Shown here piece by piece: positions 50,409 to 61,152 of a stretch of DNA of 64,000 nucleotides. Below the pieces are notes generated by a model. It had not been told where the DNA came from, ran no database searches, and was given only the letters and a program-made list of their open reading frames with translations. Source of the DNA: a virus. The position numbers and the translations under genes were made by a program. The stretch spans positions 4,415-68,414 of the IMG/VR virus record IMGVR_UViG_3300020045_001394, one strand, 5' to 3'. Within the stretch, counting starts at the first letter, position 1; each line of letters opens with the position of its first letter.

Positions 50409-50437
50409 TTGACAACGCCCCTTAAGGGGCGTATTCT
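50409..50437 (+). promoter_or_regulatory. Sigma70 promoter whose spacer is a perfect palindrome (doubles as terminator hairpin)
   Basis: TTGACA, 17 nt, TATTCT, with ACGCCCCTTAAGGGGCGT at 50415-32. Confidence 0.75.
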
Positions 50438-50465
50438 CGTTTCTTTCTGCTAGAAGGAGTCATAA

Positions 50466-51179
50466 GTGAACGAATTTGTTAACCAGGGTGCCCTGGAGTA
50501 CCTTGAATCCCTGAACAAGAGTTGTGTAGATCTTGTACTAACAGACCCACCATATGCAATCTCACGTCCAACAGGGTTTGCTTCAGGGGAGGGCAAGGGT
50601 AAAGACACAGACCGATTTCGTATTTCATATGAATTTGGGGAGTGGGATGTTGTAGATACAGATTATTTCCAGAAAGTATTCAATGAAGCTTATCGGGTAA
50701 TGAAAACAGGAGGGACGCTGATTTGTTTTTATGATGTATGGAAGATTACAGAGCTGAAAGGGATCCTTGAAGAATCTGGCTTTAAGATGTTCCGTTTAAT
50801 CGAGTGGGTTAAAACCAATCCAGTGCCAATTAATAGCAAAAGTCTGTACTTGTCCTCAGCTAAAGAGTATGCTATTGTTTGTGTTAAAGGTGGGAAGCCA
50901 AAATTCAATTCAAGCTATAACAAGGGTATTTTTGAGTATCCAATTTACCACGCGAAAGACCGCTGGCACACAACACAAAAAAGCTTGCCCTTGTTTGAAG
51001 AACTTGTTAAACTGCATACAGACGAAGGGGACACTGTTTTAGATATGTTCTCTGGTTCTGCAACAACACAGATTGCAGCTATTCGTCAAAAAAGACTGTA
51101 TGCTGGCTGCGAGAAAAACACTGAATTTTTTAATAAATGTAAACTAAGGATCGAAGAAAATGAAAAAATCTACCGCTAA
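50466..51179 (+). CDS. Orphan DNA methyltransferase (N6-A/N4-C, beta class)
   Basis: Motif IV TDPPY precedes motif I LDMFSGSATT; H.TQK. Confidence 0.92.
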   Translation: MNEFVNQGALEYLESLNKSCVDLVLTDPPYAISRPTGFASGEGKGKDTDRFRISYEFGEWDVVDTDYFQKVFNEAYRVMKTGGTLICFYDVWKITELKGILEESGFKMFRLIEWVKTNPVPINSKSLYLSSAKEYAIVCVKGGKPKFNSSYNKGIFEYPIYHAKDRWHTTQKSLPLFEELVKLHTDEGDTVLDMFSGSATTQIAAIRQKRLYAGCEKNTEFFNKCKLRIEENEKIYR

Positions 51180-51909
51180 AACAATCAAAGCCTTGGTTAG
51201 TCTGGGTCTGAATACTTTTACAGGAACTTCTGGTACTATTAGTATGTCAGATATCGAGAAGAAGAGCAGTCTACGCCAGGTGAGTAACGGCGCTAAAATC
51301 ATCCGTGAGGATCAGTATCCATTCTCTTGCTTTAAAATTGCTCGTACCTATGATGATACAAATAATCTTGTGGCTGTAAAATTCAACGGTTTCCGAGATG
51401 TACAATATGAACAAGATACAATTGAAGCTAACATCCAGAAAAAGAAAGATAAAATTATGAGCCTGCTTTCTCAAGTACAGGAGGCCGAGAAAGAAGTAGA
51501 GAGCCTTCGCAAGTGCTCACCTACAAACATCATTTATTGTGAGGCTGATGTTATTACATTTGTAAAGTTTAGTAGCTGAAGGAAGGATAAATTGTGAGTA
51601 TCCACAACCGAGCAGTAGAAGCTTATCGCTTCCAGATTGAGAAAGCCTTTAAAGAGAGTTCTCAGCCAAAGACAGTACAAGGGTTGTTTGACTTCCTCTG
51701 TGACGATGAGGAACGAGGAGACTTTATCGTCTATCATTATGATGATATTTACCACGAAAAGACCACCCTAAAACAACGATTGAACCGAATGTGGATCATG
51801 CTCCTACATCTGTGTGTCGCGCCTTTTAAGTGGCTAATCACTGGTACAACGGGGATTCATCCTCATACTAAATTGGCTAAGTGGGTGGCGAAAGCTACAG
51901 GACTCTGAT

Positions 51910-52491
51910 ATGAAACATAAACCACTCTTGGGTATAGATGTTGATCTAACAGTATGCCCAAGTGATGAAGGTTGGCTAACTTGGCTTCTAGAGAAGTCAG
52001 GGCGTGATAACGTATTACCAGATTCAGTTTACGGGAACAAACGACACTATAACTTAAGTAAATATTTTCCAAGAATAGAGAATCCCTTTGAATATTGGCG
52101 TACTTTAGACTACACGCAATTTGAGCCCCTAGCGGGATCTGTAGACAAACTCAATGAGCTAAGTGAATTCTTCGACATTGTGTTCATCTCTGTAGGTAAA
52201 GGCACACATGGGAAGTCTAAATACTATTGGCTAAAGCAGCACTTCCCGTTTATGGCTGGGTATATGGCCACTAAAGAAAAGTGGTTGATGAATGATTCGC
52301 TAGTTGCTATGACTGATGATCGCTTAGAGAATCTTGAAGGATTTGACCTAGAGAAGAGAATTCTTTTCAACACGCCTTATAGACAAACGATTGATATTCC
52401 TGTAAGCTCTGTGATTCAAGATTGGGATAGCTTAGATGTACAAGAGTTTTGTAAACAATATCTACCTGAACAAAAGGAGAAAGTAAGTTGA
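51910..52491 (+). CDS. 5'(3')-deoxyribonucleotidase (HAD, NT5C-like)
   Basis: IDVDLTV, K..WL..HFPF and TDDR motifs. Confidence 0.85.
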   Translation: MKHKPLLGIDVDLTVCPSDEGWLTWLLEKSGRDNVLPDSVYGNKRHYNLSKYFPRIENPFEYWRTLDYTQFEPLAGSVDKLNELSEFFDIVFISVGKGTHGKSKYYWLKQHFPFMAGYMATKEKWLMNDSLVAMTDDRLENLEGFDLEKRILFNTPYRQTIDIPVSSVIQDWDSLDVQEFCKQYLPEQKEKVS

Positions 52492-53147
52492 CAGTATACA
52501 AAAGTGGGGATTGGGTTGAACTTCTGAACGACACATATAATGATGGTAGCAATGGACTGGTGAAAGGGAGGATTATCGAATTAGTAGAAGGCCTTCCTAA
52601 AGAGGATGATGGTTATTGGATCACCAAGAACGGTATTAAAGGTGGTATTCCAGATTGGGCAGAAAAAGATTTTAAACTTGCCTCACGAAAGTTTGAACAA
52701 GACACAAAAGAAGTAATCACACCTTGCAAACGCAATCCTGAAACTAGTAATCTCATGTTTGGTGATTTGTACAAAGATACTATAACTCCTCAAGAAATTG
52801 ATGGTGGTATTGCTCGCCCTATTCTCTCTGAGCGTAAAGTGGGTAAGGTGCCAGTACATATGGTGATTGATGGCTTCCCTCGGGCATTACGAGAAGTTGG
52901 TAAAGTATTGGGTTGGGCAGCGGATGCAAAACAGTACAAGCTACATGATTGGAAGAATCTTCCTGATGCAGATATTGAATTCCCGTCTGCTGGCTATCGT
53001 CATATGCTAGATAACAGTGAGATGAAAGCAGATGGTATTCCTGCTAATAAGCGTGTAGATCATGAATCTCATAAACTGCATTTGGCACATGAAATCTTTA
53101 ATAAGCTGGCTGAGCTTGAGCTTGTCCTGACTGGAGCAATTAAATGA
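52488..53147 (+). CDS. dATP/dGTP diphosphohydrolase-like (DUF5664) domain protein with SH3-like N-terminus
   Basis: P.AL.EV.KV......Y...W...A..RH...D.ES...HLAH pattern. Confidence 0.7.
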   Translation: MTVYKSGDWVELLNDTYNDGSNGLVKGRIIELVEGLPKEDDGYWITKNGIKGGIPDWAEKDFKLASRKFEQDTKEVITPCKRNPETSNLMFGDLYKDTITPQEIDGGIARPILSERKVGKVPVHMVIDGFPRALREVGKVLGWAADAKQYKLHDWKNLPDADIEFPSAGYRHMLDNSEMKADGIPANKRVDHESHKLHLAHEIFNKLAELELVLTGAIK

Positions 53148-53524
53148 GCTACAAACAAGCAATCACAGATCTTCAAGAACAAGTGTATGCTGATAATGTA
53201 GTGGCGGGCTGGTGGACAAATATCTATACAGGTGAGCCTAAGCCTAAAGGGGATATTACAGAAATTCTTGCTAAGCTGGCACTGATTCACAGCGAAGTAT
53301 CAGAAGCCCTTGAGGGTGTACGTAAAAACCTTATGGACGATAAACTCCCACACCGTAAAATGGTGGAAGTAGAATTGGCAGATGCTTTCATCCGTATGCT
53401 TGATCTTTGTGGTCATGAGGGGTATGATCTCGCTGGAGCTACAGAAGAAAAGCTAGCTTATAATAAGATTCGCTTGGACCATAAACTTGAGAATCGAATG
53501 CTTGCAGATGGTAAGAAAGCATGA
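53144..53524 (+). CDS. MazG-like nucleoside triphosphate pyrophosphohydrolase
   Basis: LIHSEVSEALEG.RK...ELAD..IR..D...K..YN..R.DH. Confidence 0.9.
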   Translation: MSYKQAITDLQEQVYADNVVAGWWTNIYTGEPKPKGDITEILAKLALIHSEVSEALEGVRKNLMDDKLPHRKMVEVELADAFIRMLDLCGHEGYDLAGATEEKLAYNKIRLDHKLENRMLADGKKA

Positions 53525-53776
53525 AAGAGTTAAATCTACCACCAATGAGCGAAAGTATGGAAGACATTTTCAAGCAATATAAAGAAATTATGGAGAAATG
53601 TCACAATGAAAATAAGACTAAGAAAGCAATTTACAATCAACATGGCTTCTTAGTTTGGGAAGAACCTCTTGAAGAATATGAACAACGGATGAAAGAACTA
53701 AGTGACATTGAAACAAAACTATGATACAATGCTTGTCCAAGATAAGAGTTTCCTTTAATGAATAATAGGAGAGAAT

Positions 53777-54448
53777 GTGAGTAATAGTCCAAAGTTTGCA
53801 GATATGAAAGTTGAATACGTAGATCACATGGGGTCAGATATCAATGTGGTTAATGCGGCTCGTTGTTCTTTTGCAAAAGAAGTTAAAGAGTTTGATCTTG
53901 AGAAAGATACTAAGCTGATTAATTATCTTGCTAAACATAACCATTGGAGCCCACTGGCCCATACGAGTATTAGCATTCGCCTTAAGGCTCCAATCTTTAT
54001 GGCACGCCAGTTTGTCAAGCATCAAATTGGGCTTGTTTGGAATGAGGAAAGTCGTAGATACATTGACGATGAGCCAGAGTTTTACAAGCCTGCTGTTTGG
54101 CGTGGTAAGCCTGAGAATGTAAAGCAGGGTAGCTCTAGTGTTGAACTAGATTCACAGAGTTTTATTAATAGTCATTATTTAGATACAGTTGAGCAAGCGC
54201 TCTATGCTTATGAAACACAGTTGGATTGTGGCGTGGCACCAGAGATGGCACGTATGAATCTCCCTCAGTCTGTTATGACTAATTGGGTCTGGACTGGCTC
54301 TCTTGTAGCGTTCGCTCGTATTGTTAAATTGCGTACAGAGGAACATGCACAGAAGGAAGCACAAGATTTGGCTAAGATGGTTGAAGAAGTGGTAGCTCCA
54401 CTATATCCTGTAAGCTGGAAAGCACTAATGGAGCATATGAAAGTATGA
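53777..54448 (+). CDS. thyX: Flavin-dependent thymidylate synthase
   Basis: MGSD..VVNAAR.SF, HWSP, PIF.ARQ..KH...NEESRRY, APE.AR..LP and HAQ.E motifs. Confidence 0.95.
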   Translation: MSNSPKFADMKVEYVDHMGSDINVVNAARCSFAKEVKEFDLEKDTKLINYLAKHNHWSPLAHTSISIRLKAPIFMARQFVKHQIGLVWNEESRRYIDDEPEFYKPAVWRGKPENVKQGSSSVELDSQSFINSHYLDTVEQALYAYETQLDCGVAPEMARMNLPQSVMTNWVWTGSLVAFARIVKLRTEEHAQKEAQDLAKMVEEVVAPLYPVSWKALMEHMKV

Positions 54449-54873
54449 GTAGTAATAAAGAACAAAAGAAAAGTGAACCATTCGAGTTCACAAATTACCT
54501 CTCATTCCTTGACCTAGAACGCCATCCGGGCTGGAAAGAAGCTTGGTTTGGTCAAGATAAAGAAATGTTTGAGAAGCTGTTGTTCAGTATGGGCGTAGAC
54601 CTTGACTATGGGTATGAAATTCGTGTTACAATGCACCGCTCACGAATCTGTAATCGAGTAGAGTATGGGCCACGTATTGACTTCCGTGAAAGGACTGACG
54701 ATTTCTGGATGCGAAACATGATGCAAACTGAGGATGTTGTACGTCACACTAAAAGTGAGATTGCACGAGTAGGTATGACTTTGGCGATGAATAACATCCA
54801 CAACGTAGCAGAAGCAACACAAGCTAAAATGATGAATAATGTGTCTAATGTAAATATTGCTTGTAAGGAGTAA
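54445..54873 (+). CDS. Hypothetical protein between thyX and RNR
   Basis: 142-aa ORF with overlapping start; no motif recognised. Confidence 0.75.
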   Translation: MSSNKEQKKSEPFEFTNYLSFLDLERHPGWKEAWFGQDKEMFEKLLFSMGVDLDYGYEIRVTMHRSRICNRVEYGPRIDFRERTDDFWMRNMMQTEDVVRHTKSEIARVGMTLAMNNIHNVAEATQAKMMNNVSNVNIACKE

Positions 54874-54876
54874 GAC

Positions 54877-57132
54877 GTGGTAGCTGTGAACACTAGCGGT
54901 AAAGATATGATGAGTCAGGCAAAGTTTTACATGGGGTACTCCCGCTGGAAAGATGACAATAGTGGTTATGAGACTTGGGATGAGTCTGTAGAACGTGTAA
55001 TGAATATGCACCGAGAAAAATATGCATCAGTGATGACACCAGAGCTTGAAGAATATATCTCTTTTGCAGAGCAAGCCTACAAAGACAAACTAGTACTTGG
55101 TGCCCAGCGAGCTTTGCAGTTTGGTGGTAAGCAACTGTTCCAGCACGAATCACGGATGTATAATTGCTCTGTTAGTTATTGTGACCGTGCTGCATTCTTT
55201 CAAGAAGCTATGTATCTTCTGTTGTGTGGTTGTGGTGTCGGCTTCTCTGTACAAAATCATCACGTATCTAAATTGCCGATGGTTGTAAAGCGCGACCAAG
55301 ATAAGGTTAAAGTCTTTCATGTACCGGATAGTATTGAAGGTTGGGCGGATGCATTTGGTGTTCTGTTCTCTAGTTATTTTGTAGACGGTGGTACATTTCC
55401 TGAATATAAGGGTGTTCAAGTTAAATATGATTTCACAGCCATTCGTCCAAAGGGCAGCATGATTAGTGGTGGGTTTAAAGCACCTGGGCATGTTGGTCTT
55501 CGGGATGCTTTGAATAAATGTGAAGAGCTTCTTGAGAAGCTGGTATCAGACATTCCACAAGCCGTCCCGACACTAGTGGCTTATGATTTTGTTATGCACA
55601 TGTCTGATGCTGTATTGTCTGGTGGTGTTCGTCGAAGCGCTACAATCTGTGTGTTTGATAAAGATGACCAATCAATGCTTAAAGCTAAGACAGGGGATTG
55701 GTTTGTAGATAACCCACAACGAGGTCGTAGTAACAACTCCGCAATGCTTATCCGCGATCAATTGTCCCGCGAAGAGTGGGCAATGATTATGAAGAGTGTT
55801 AAAGACTTTGGGGAGCCTGGGTTTATCTTTAGTGATAGTAAAGAGTACCTTTTCAATCCATGCGTCGAAATCGGGATGAAACCTGTCGCTGAGGCTGTGA
55901 TTATTGATGATGTTGTGGTAAAAGAAGCAGAGAGCGGGTTCCAATTCTGTAACCTAACTGAGCTTTGTGGGGGTAAGATTACAAGCCTTGAAATGTTCAA
56001 GCGAGCTTCGAAGGCTGGTGCAATCCTTGGTACGTTGCAAGTGGGCTATACCAATTTCAATTACTTGTCTAAAGCCTCAAAGGATATTACTGAACGTGAA
56101 TCCTTGCTTGGTGTAAGTATCACAGGCTGGATGAACAATCCAGATGTTCTGTTTGATGTGGATAATATGCGAGAGTGTGCAACACTTGTTAAGGATGTGA
56201 ATAAGAAAGTAGCCAAGCTAATTGGTGTTAATCAGGCGGCGCGTTGCACAGCAGTTAAACCTAGCGGTAATGCTTCTGTAATTCTTGGTACAGCTTCTGG
56301 TATCCATGGTGAGCATAGCCCTTTGTACTTCCGAAATGTACAGATGAACACGCAGGATGAAGTGACACAAGTGCTGATGAAGACTAACCCTAAAATGGTT
56401 GAGTCCTCAGTATGGGATGCAAGCGGTCTGGGTGTTGTTGTGAGCTTCCCTGTGGAATCTAAGGAAGGTTCCATCTACAAAGACCAACTGATGGGCGTTA
56501 AGCAGCTTGATTATGTTAAGCTGGCACAACAGAACTGGGTGGAATATGGTACAAATGTTGAGCTGTGTGTGGACGCAAGTCTTCGTCACAACGTAAGTAA
56601 TACAATTACAGTGGATGATTGGGATGAAGTAGAGCAGTATATCTTTGACAATAAAGAATACTTTGCAGGCATCTCGTTATTGAGTAGTATGGGAGACCGT
56701 GCATATGCTCAAGCCCCTTTCACAGAAGTGTTGACAGGTAAGCAAATCTTTGAGTTGTATGGTGATTGTTCTCTGTTCGCCTCTGGGCTGATTGTTGCGG
56801 GCATGGAAGCCTTTAATAATAATCTTTGGATGGCTTGTGATACGGCCATGGGATATGGTATGAAGCTGTCTGCTGAGGATTCTCATGATTTGCTTAAACG
56901 AGACTGGGTACGGCGTGCTAAGAAGTTTGCAGATGCTCACTTTGATGGGGATCTGATGAAGCTAACCTTTATGCTCAAAGACTGCCACAATCTGCACAAG
57001 TGGACTGGGATCAATAAAAACATGGTAGTGGTTGACTTCAGCAAAGATTTGGGGCAACAGACATACACAGAAATTGATAGCATGGGTGCTCAAGGCTGTG
57101 CTGGCGGTGCTTGTGAGGTAAATTTTGGCTGA
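54877..57132 (+). CDS. Ribonucleotide reductase large subunit (class II RTPR-like)
   Basis: YSRW, ETW, YNC, GGVRRSA, NPCVEI, FCNLTE, VKPSG motifs and C-terminal CAGGAC; no small subunit seen in the window. Confidence 0.88.
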   Translation: MVAVNTSGKDMMSQAKFYMGYSRWKDDNSGYETWDESVERVMNMHREKYASVMTPELEEYISFAEQAYKDKLVLGAQRALQFGGKQLFQHESRMYNCSVSYCDRAAFFQEAMYLLLCGCGVGFSVQNHHVSKLPMVVKRDQDKVKVFHVPDSIEGWADAFGVLFSSYFVDGGTFPEYKGVQVKYDFTAIRPKGSMISGGFKAPGHVGLRDALNKCEELLEKLVSDIPQAVPTLVAYDFVMHMSDAVLSGGVRRSATICVFDKDDQSMLKAKTGDWFVDNPQRGRSNNSAMLIRDQLSREEWAMIMKSVKDFGEPGFIFSDSKEYLFNPCVEIGMKPVAEAVIIDDVVVKEAESGFQFCNLTELCGGKITSLEMFKRASKAGAILGTLQVGYTNFNYLSKASKDITERESLLGVSITGWMNNPDVLFDVDNMRECATLVKDVNKKVAKLIGVNQAARCTAVKPSGNASVILGTASGIHGEHSPLYFRNVQMNTQDEVTQVLMKTNPKMVESSVWDASGLGVVVSFPVESKEGSIYKDQLMGVKQLDYVKLAQQNWVEYGTNVELCVDASLRHNVSNTITVDDWDEVEQYIFDNKEYFAGISLLSSMGDRAYAQAPFTEVLTGKQIFELYGDCSLFASGLIVAGMEAFNNNLWMACDTAMGYGMKLSAEDSHDLLKRDWVRRAKKFADAHFDGDLMKLTFMLKDCHNLHKWTGINKNMVVVDFSKDLGQQTYTEIDSMGAQGCAGGACEVNFG

Positions 57133-57319
57133 TTATGTTGATCTAATGGCTAAGGTTGGAGTGTTGTCTAATGTCACACATTCCTGTCCTAAATGCTCGG
57201 CACCGGTGCGATGTGACATTTCATTAGGAAAGAACACATGCTGGTGCTTCAATATTCAGAGCAAAGGGCTTGAAATGAATGACATTTGCATGTGCAAAAG
57301 CTGCCTGATAAATATCTAA
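57125..57319 (+). CDS. Cysteine-rich CWC-family small protein
   Basis: CPKC....C......CWC.......CMCKSCL. Confidence 0.75.
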   Translation: MADYVDLMAKVGVLSNVTHSCPKCSAPVRCDISLGKNTCWCFNIQSKGLEMNDICMCKSCLINI

Positions 57320-57400
57320 AATAACCCTTGACTCCCCTCTAAAATCCTCTAGAATGGATAACAAGCGGGGAGGACAAGCCTTCCTAATAGGAGAAACAAA

Positions 57401-60400
57401 ATGTCTAAATATGCTCTCGCTGAATCCATGATCAAAGCCATTATCATGGAACATGGCGCTCGAGGGTTGGCTGTAGCTCTGAATAATGCTTGCGTTAATG
57501 GGAAGGTATTCCTTCAAGCTGACCTGTTCTTGGGTAAGGATGACAGTATCCTGCAAGAGTGGTACAAAGGTATTGATAAGCTCTCTGAAGTAGCTAAGAA
57601 AATTAAATAAGGGGAAGAGATATGAGTTCTTGGCAAAATACCACTTCGCGCTCTAAAGGCTCAGACAGGAGCGAGATACGTTCCGTGGAGCTTTCGGTTG
57701 GGTTAGGCAGACTAGTTGTTACCAGGCACATCCACTACGAGCCTGACCAATGGACGGCAGTATTCGACGGTGTATTTTCTCGCGTAGTAGTGTCAAACGG
57801 CACCGTTGAAGATGCTAAACAAAAAGCTATCATTTTAGCAAACAAGAAGCTCTCTGAAATGATGACCCTACTCTCAGAGAGTGTGTGATTCTCTCCTAGC
57901 CCCGCATTGCGGGGCTTTCTTTCGCCCAGAATAAAGCTCTAAAATAATATAAATATTCCCAAAATAAATGCTTGACAGGGATGCCGCATCCCTCTAGAAT
58001 TCATCACATACAGAAGGAGACACAACGTCTCCTACACAAAAGGAAATTTAGAATGAAAAAGTTTATTGGCGAGCTTCGAGTTGGTGATGTTATCAACGCC
58101 CGTGTTAATAAGTCTCTTTATAAGACTCCGTGTGTTGTTGAGAGTATTTTATTTGTAACTCAAGACGAAGATTTCGAGTTTGCTGAAATGGTCCTTTCAA
58201 GTGGCTTGCTGCACAAAGAAACACAGACTTGGTATACAATTGAAACTGTAGAAGTACTTGAACGAAAGTAACCTTACAGAATCTTATTGACACATTGAGA
58301 ACATTCCAATAAGATTGCTACAACAAATAAATAATTGGAGAGATACCATGAATAACGAAGATCAAACTTACCTGTTACGTGCAGCCCTGGGTGACATGCT
58401 TAATTATTATGACCGAAACGCTTGTCAGCACGAAGATGTTTATCGAGGTGGTGCTATTTGGACTATCTGTGAGTCTTGTGGAAAGAAGTGGGCAGACGAT
58501 GAGGGTGGGTTTGTTCCCTATATAGAGCCTTTATTTGTTTCTTTGGCTCGACGAATCTTTGATAATAACTAAGAGAGCTGACACGCCATGCTCACACATA
58601 AACAAGAACGAATCATATCTACAGTGTTTGGCGTTATTGTAGGAATTCCTGTGCTATTGACAGTGGCTATCACATGCTGGATGATTTATAATGCTGTTTT
58701 GGTGGAGCTTGGCTTGTGAAAACTCTCCCATCTGAATTTAATTCAATCGTTAAATATCTTCAAGACAGTCCATCACCAGAATTTATTGAGGCTCAATATA
58801 TGAATGCTGTACATGATTTCGCTCAAGATTGGAAACCTAAGCAAGTAAAAATTATCCACAAGATTGAGGATGTTTTGAAGTTGGCTGCTCTTGTAGCTTG
58901 TACTTCTCTTATTGGGATGGTACTCTTTCAAGCCTGGCAGAGCCAGTGTAGCTAATACGTTTTAGCAAGAATGCGCTTATAGATGTAGCTAACCGTATAT
59001 GGAGAAAATAGATGCCCTTCTTTACCGTCGCGGTCGTATGCACAATGTCCTTGTGCTCTGATTATTACATTGACACAGCCTCAAATAAAGCGGATGCTAT
59101 CCTCAATATATCTTCTCACAATGAACAATATTTATCTATATGGGAAGATGAAAAAGGATTGACAGCTTGGCTCATTAAGCATAAGATTGGTGAAACAGTG
59201 TTTGAAATTGTCTCGCTTGATATTCAGACACAAGAAATTAACGAAGAGGAATTACCATGAATAAGGCTGAATTTGACTCTTGGTTCCATGCGCTAAGCTC
59301 TACTCATGTGTTGGGGCTTCTTGCACCAGTTTGTAAACGTATAACATCTTGCTCAGGAAATAATTATGTTATTGACGGAGATATAGATAATTTGCTAGCA
59401 TTCCTGTATCAAGAGAAGTATAATCAAGTTTTTGGAGAGGAAGAATAATGATCACAACACGATTGCACGGAATGTACAAAGCGCTTGGCGACAATGTAGG
59501 AGTGATTCATCTTCGAACATTGTTGACTTCCAGTACATGGCTTGCTACTCTTTGCGCTGAAGATCCTAGTGATCTTAGTAAAGCTAAGTTAATTAAACAG
59601 ATTTGAGGAGAAGCAGAAATGAATTTCAAGGTTGGCCTTACTGGACCAGATCATAGTCCGACTGCACAAACAAAATGGTATGCTCAGGTTATGCTAAATT
59701 CTTGGGATGAACTCCCCATTGGAGCAAAAACATTTGCGTTTGGGGATACTCCAGAAAAGGCGATGAGTGAGCTTATGTTGTACCTACGTGCAGAGGCCCT
59801 TTTGTTGCTTTTCAACACAAATAAGGACACAAAATGATCGACCAATCTCTAATGCGTATCAATGGTCACGTATTGTCTATCATCGCTCCTAGCTTGCTGG
59901 AGGCGTACAAATTCCAGGAATTGGAAGGCTTTAAACAGGCTAGTGTGCTTGTGAAAGAGGATGGCACTATTTCTGTTAGCTTTCCTCTTGATAAGGAGTC
60001 TCAGAAACGATATGCATGGCTATATCATAAAATGAAAGGACTTAATGGGGATGATAAGCCACGTCCTCCAAGTGGAAAGCCTCCAAAGGGGAGCGGCCCT
60101 AATAATGGAGGCTCTGGTGGTACACCGTCAGCGGGCAGTATTACAGAATTTCAGAATGTGCAAGCTATTGCTGCTTAAGGATAAATCATGAATAGAATCT
60201 TTACATACGACGCTTTCGATTCCACCGGTGTAGCTGAGACCTTCACGCTTAAGGTGAATAGCTTACAAAATTCTGATAAGGAATATCTTGGAGATCTAGA
60301 TTATGAAGTACTAGAAGGAGATATCCGCTTGTTGTCTGAAAGTCAAGCTCTAGATATGGAAATTTGTATTTCGGAGCAATATATCGAAAGATGGAATGAC

Positions 60401-60412
60401 TATATGAATTGA
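57401..60412 (+). other. Cluster of small early-type hypothetical genes (57401-57610, 57622-57888, 58053-58271, 58348-58572, 58716-58955, 59012-59260, 59257-59448, 59619-59837, 59834-60178, 60188-60412)
   Basis: Short ORFs with RBSs downstream of strong promoters. Confidence 0.75.
57898..57923 (+). terminator. Rho-independent terminator
   Basis: AGCCCCGC-ATT-GCGGGGCT-TTCTTT. Confidence 0.85.
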
Positions 60413-60420
60413 CAAATATT

Positions 60421-60488
60421 GCCCACCATTTTGGTGGGCTTTTCTTTGTCTTTATTTTGTTGACGATGTTCTTGATGTACAGTATGCT
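60421..60488 (+). promoter_or_regulatory. Terminator + promoter cassette, copy 3 (plus strand)
   Basis: GCCCACCA-TTT-TGGTGGGC-TTTTCTTTG...TTGACG(60460), 17 nt, TATGCT; same stem as the 26 kb and 30.9 kb copies. Confidence 0.8.
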
Positions 60489-60674
60489 GTGATTACTGGA
60501 GCGGTTCAGAGGTAAACAGGAAGAGTGGACGCTATTCTAATAAAATCTATTAGGAATTGCTCCCTGATAGAAATCTTTGTAGAAAATAATCAAAAGTATT
60601 TGTTGACTGGGACACAGAACTTGGTAGAATGGACACATCGAAAGGCAAAACGCCTTAATAAAGAGAAATAGATA

Positions 60675-60791
60675 ATGGCTTACGTAATCATTGCCGCTGA
60701 ATACTTTGCTGTAGCTTCCCCTATATTACTAATCCTTGGTGGCTTATGTTCTCTGATTTCTGATTATCGTTTTAAGAAATCTTTAAAATAA
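60675..60791 (+). CDS. 38-aa single-TM peptide (not in the ORF track)
   Basis: MAYVIIAAEYFAVASPILLILGGLCSLISDYRFKKSLK; downstream of the promoter at 60603. Confidence 0.55.
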   Translation: MAYVIIAAEYFAVASPILLILGGLCSLISDYRFKKSLK

Positions 60792-60862
60792 GTGTTGACT
60801 GAGAGACGAAAGTCTCTCATAATCCACCCTATCGAAACGACAAACCACCCGGAGCAGCAGCC

Positions 60863-61036
60863 ATGAACTTCCAAGCCAACCAAGCAATCACTTTGATAAA
60901 GACCAATATTATTAACGACAAAAAGCTGATTGGTAAGAAAGGGGTCGTAGACTTCCAATGCAAAGATAGCATGGTTTGGGTAAAGTTTGGTCGTACTTCT
61001 CGATGCGTACCTCCTGAATTTATCCAAGCAATCTGA
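60863..61036 (+). CDS. 57-aa SH3/KOW-like small protein (not in the ORF track)
   Basis: GGAG RBS; ...IGKKGVV......VWVKFG...; promoter at 60795 and terminator at 61041. Confidence 0.7.
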   Translation: MNFQANQAITLIKTNIINDKKLIGKKGVVDFQCKDSMVWVKFGRTSRCVPPEFIQAI

Positions 61037-61040
61037 GACT

Positions 61041-61064
61041 AGGCCCTTCGGGGCCTTTTTATTT
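61041..61064 (+). terminator. Rho-independent terminator
   Basis: AGGCCC-TTCG-GGGCCT-TTTT. Confidence 0.9.
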
Positions 61065-61123
61065 ATCTATATAAAACTTTATGTTCGCCCATTCTTCCTT
61101 CTCAGGAGTGACCCAGTGCTAGA

Positions 61124-61152
61124 ATCATAATATACACCTATACTCTTGTCAA
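61124..61152 (-). promoter_or_regulatory. Divergent minus-strand sigma70 promoter with no evident downstream gene
   Basis: Minus strand TTGACA, 17 nt, TATGAT. Confidence 0.65.

Noticed and set aside
50466-51179. Restriction-modification system
   Set aside because: No recognisable cognate endonuclease is adjacent; an orphan protective MTase is more likely, and its target cannot be inferred.
52488-53524. Z-genome (2-aminoadenine) pathway
   Set aside because: No PurZ or DatZ-like gene in the window; DUF5664-like and MazG-like genes alone are insufficient.
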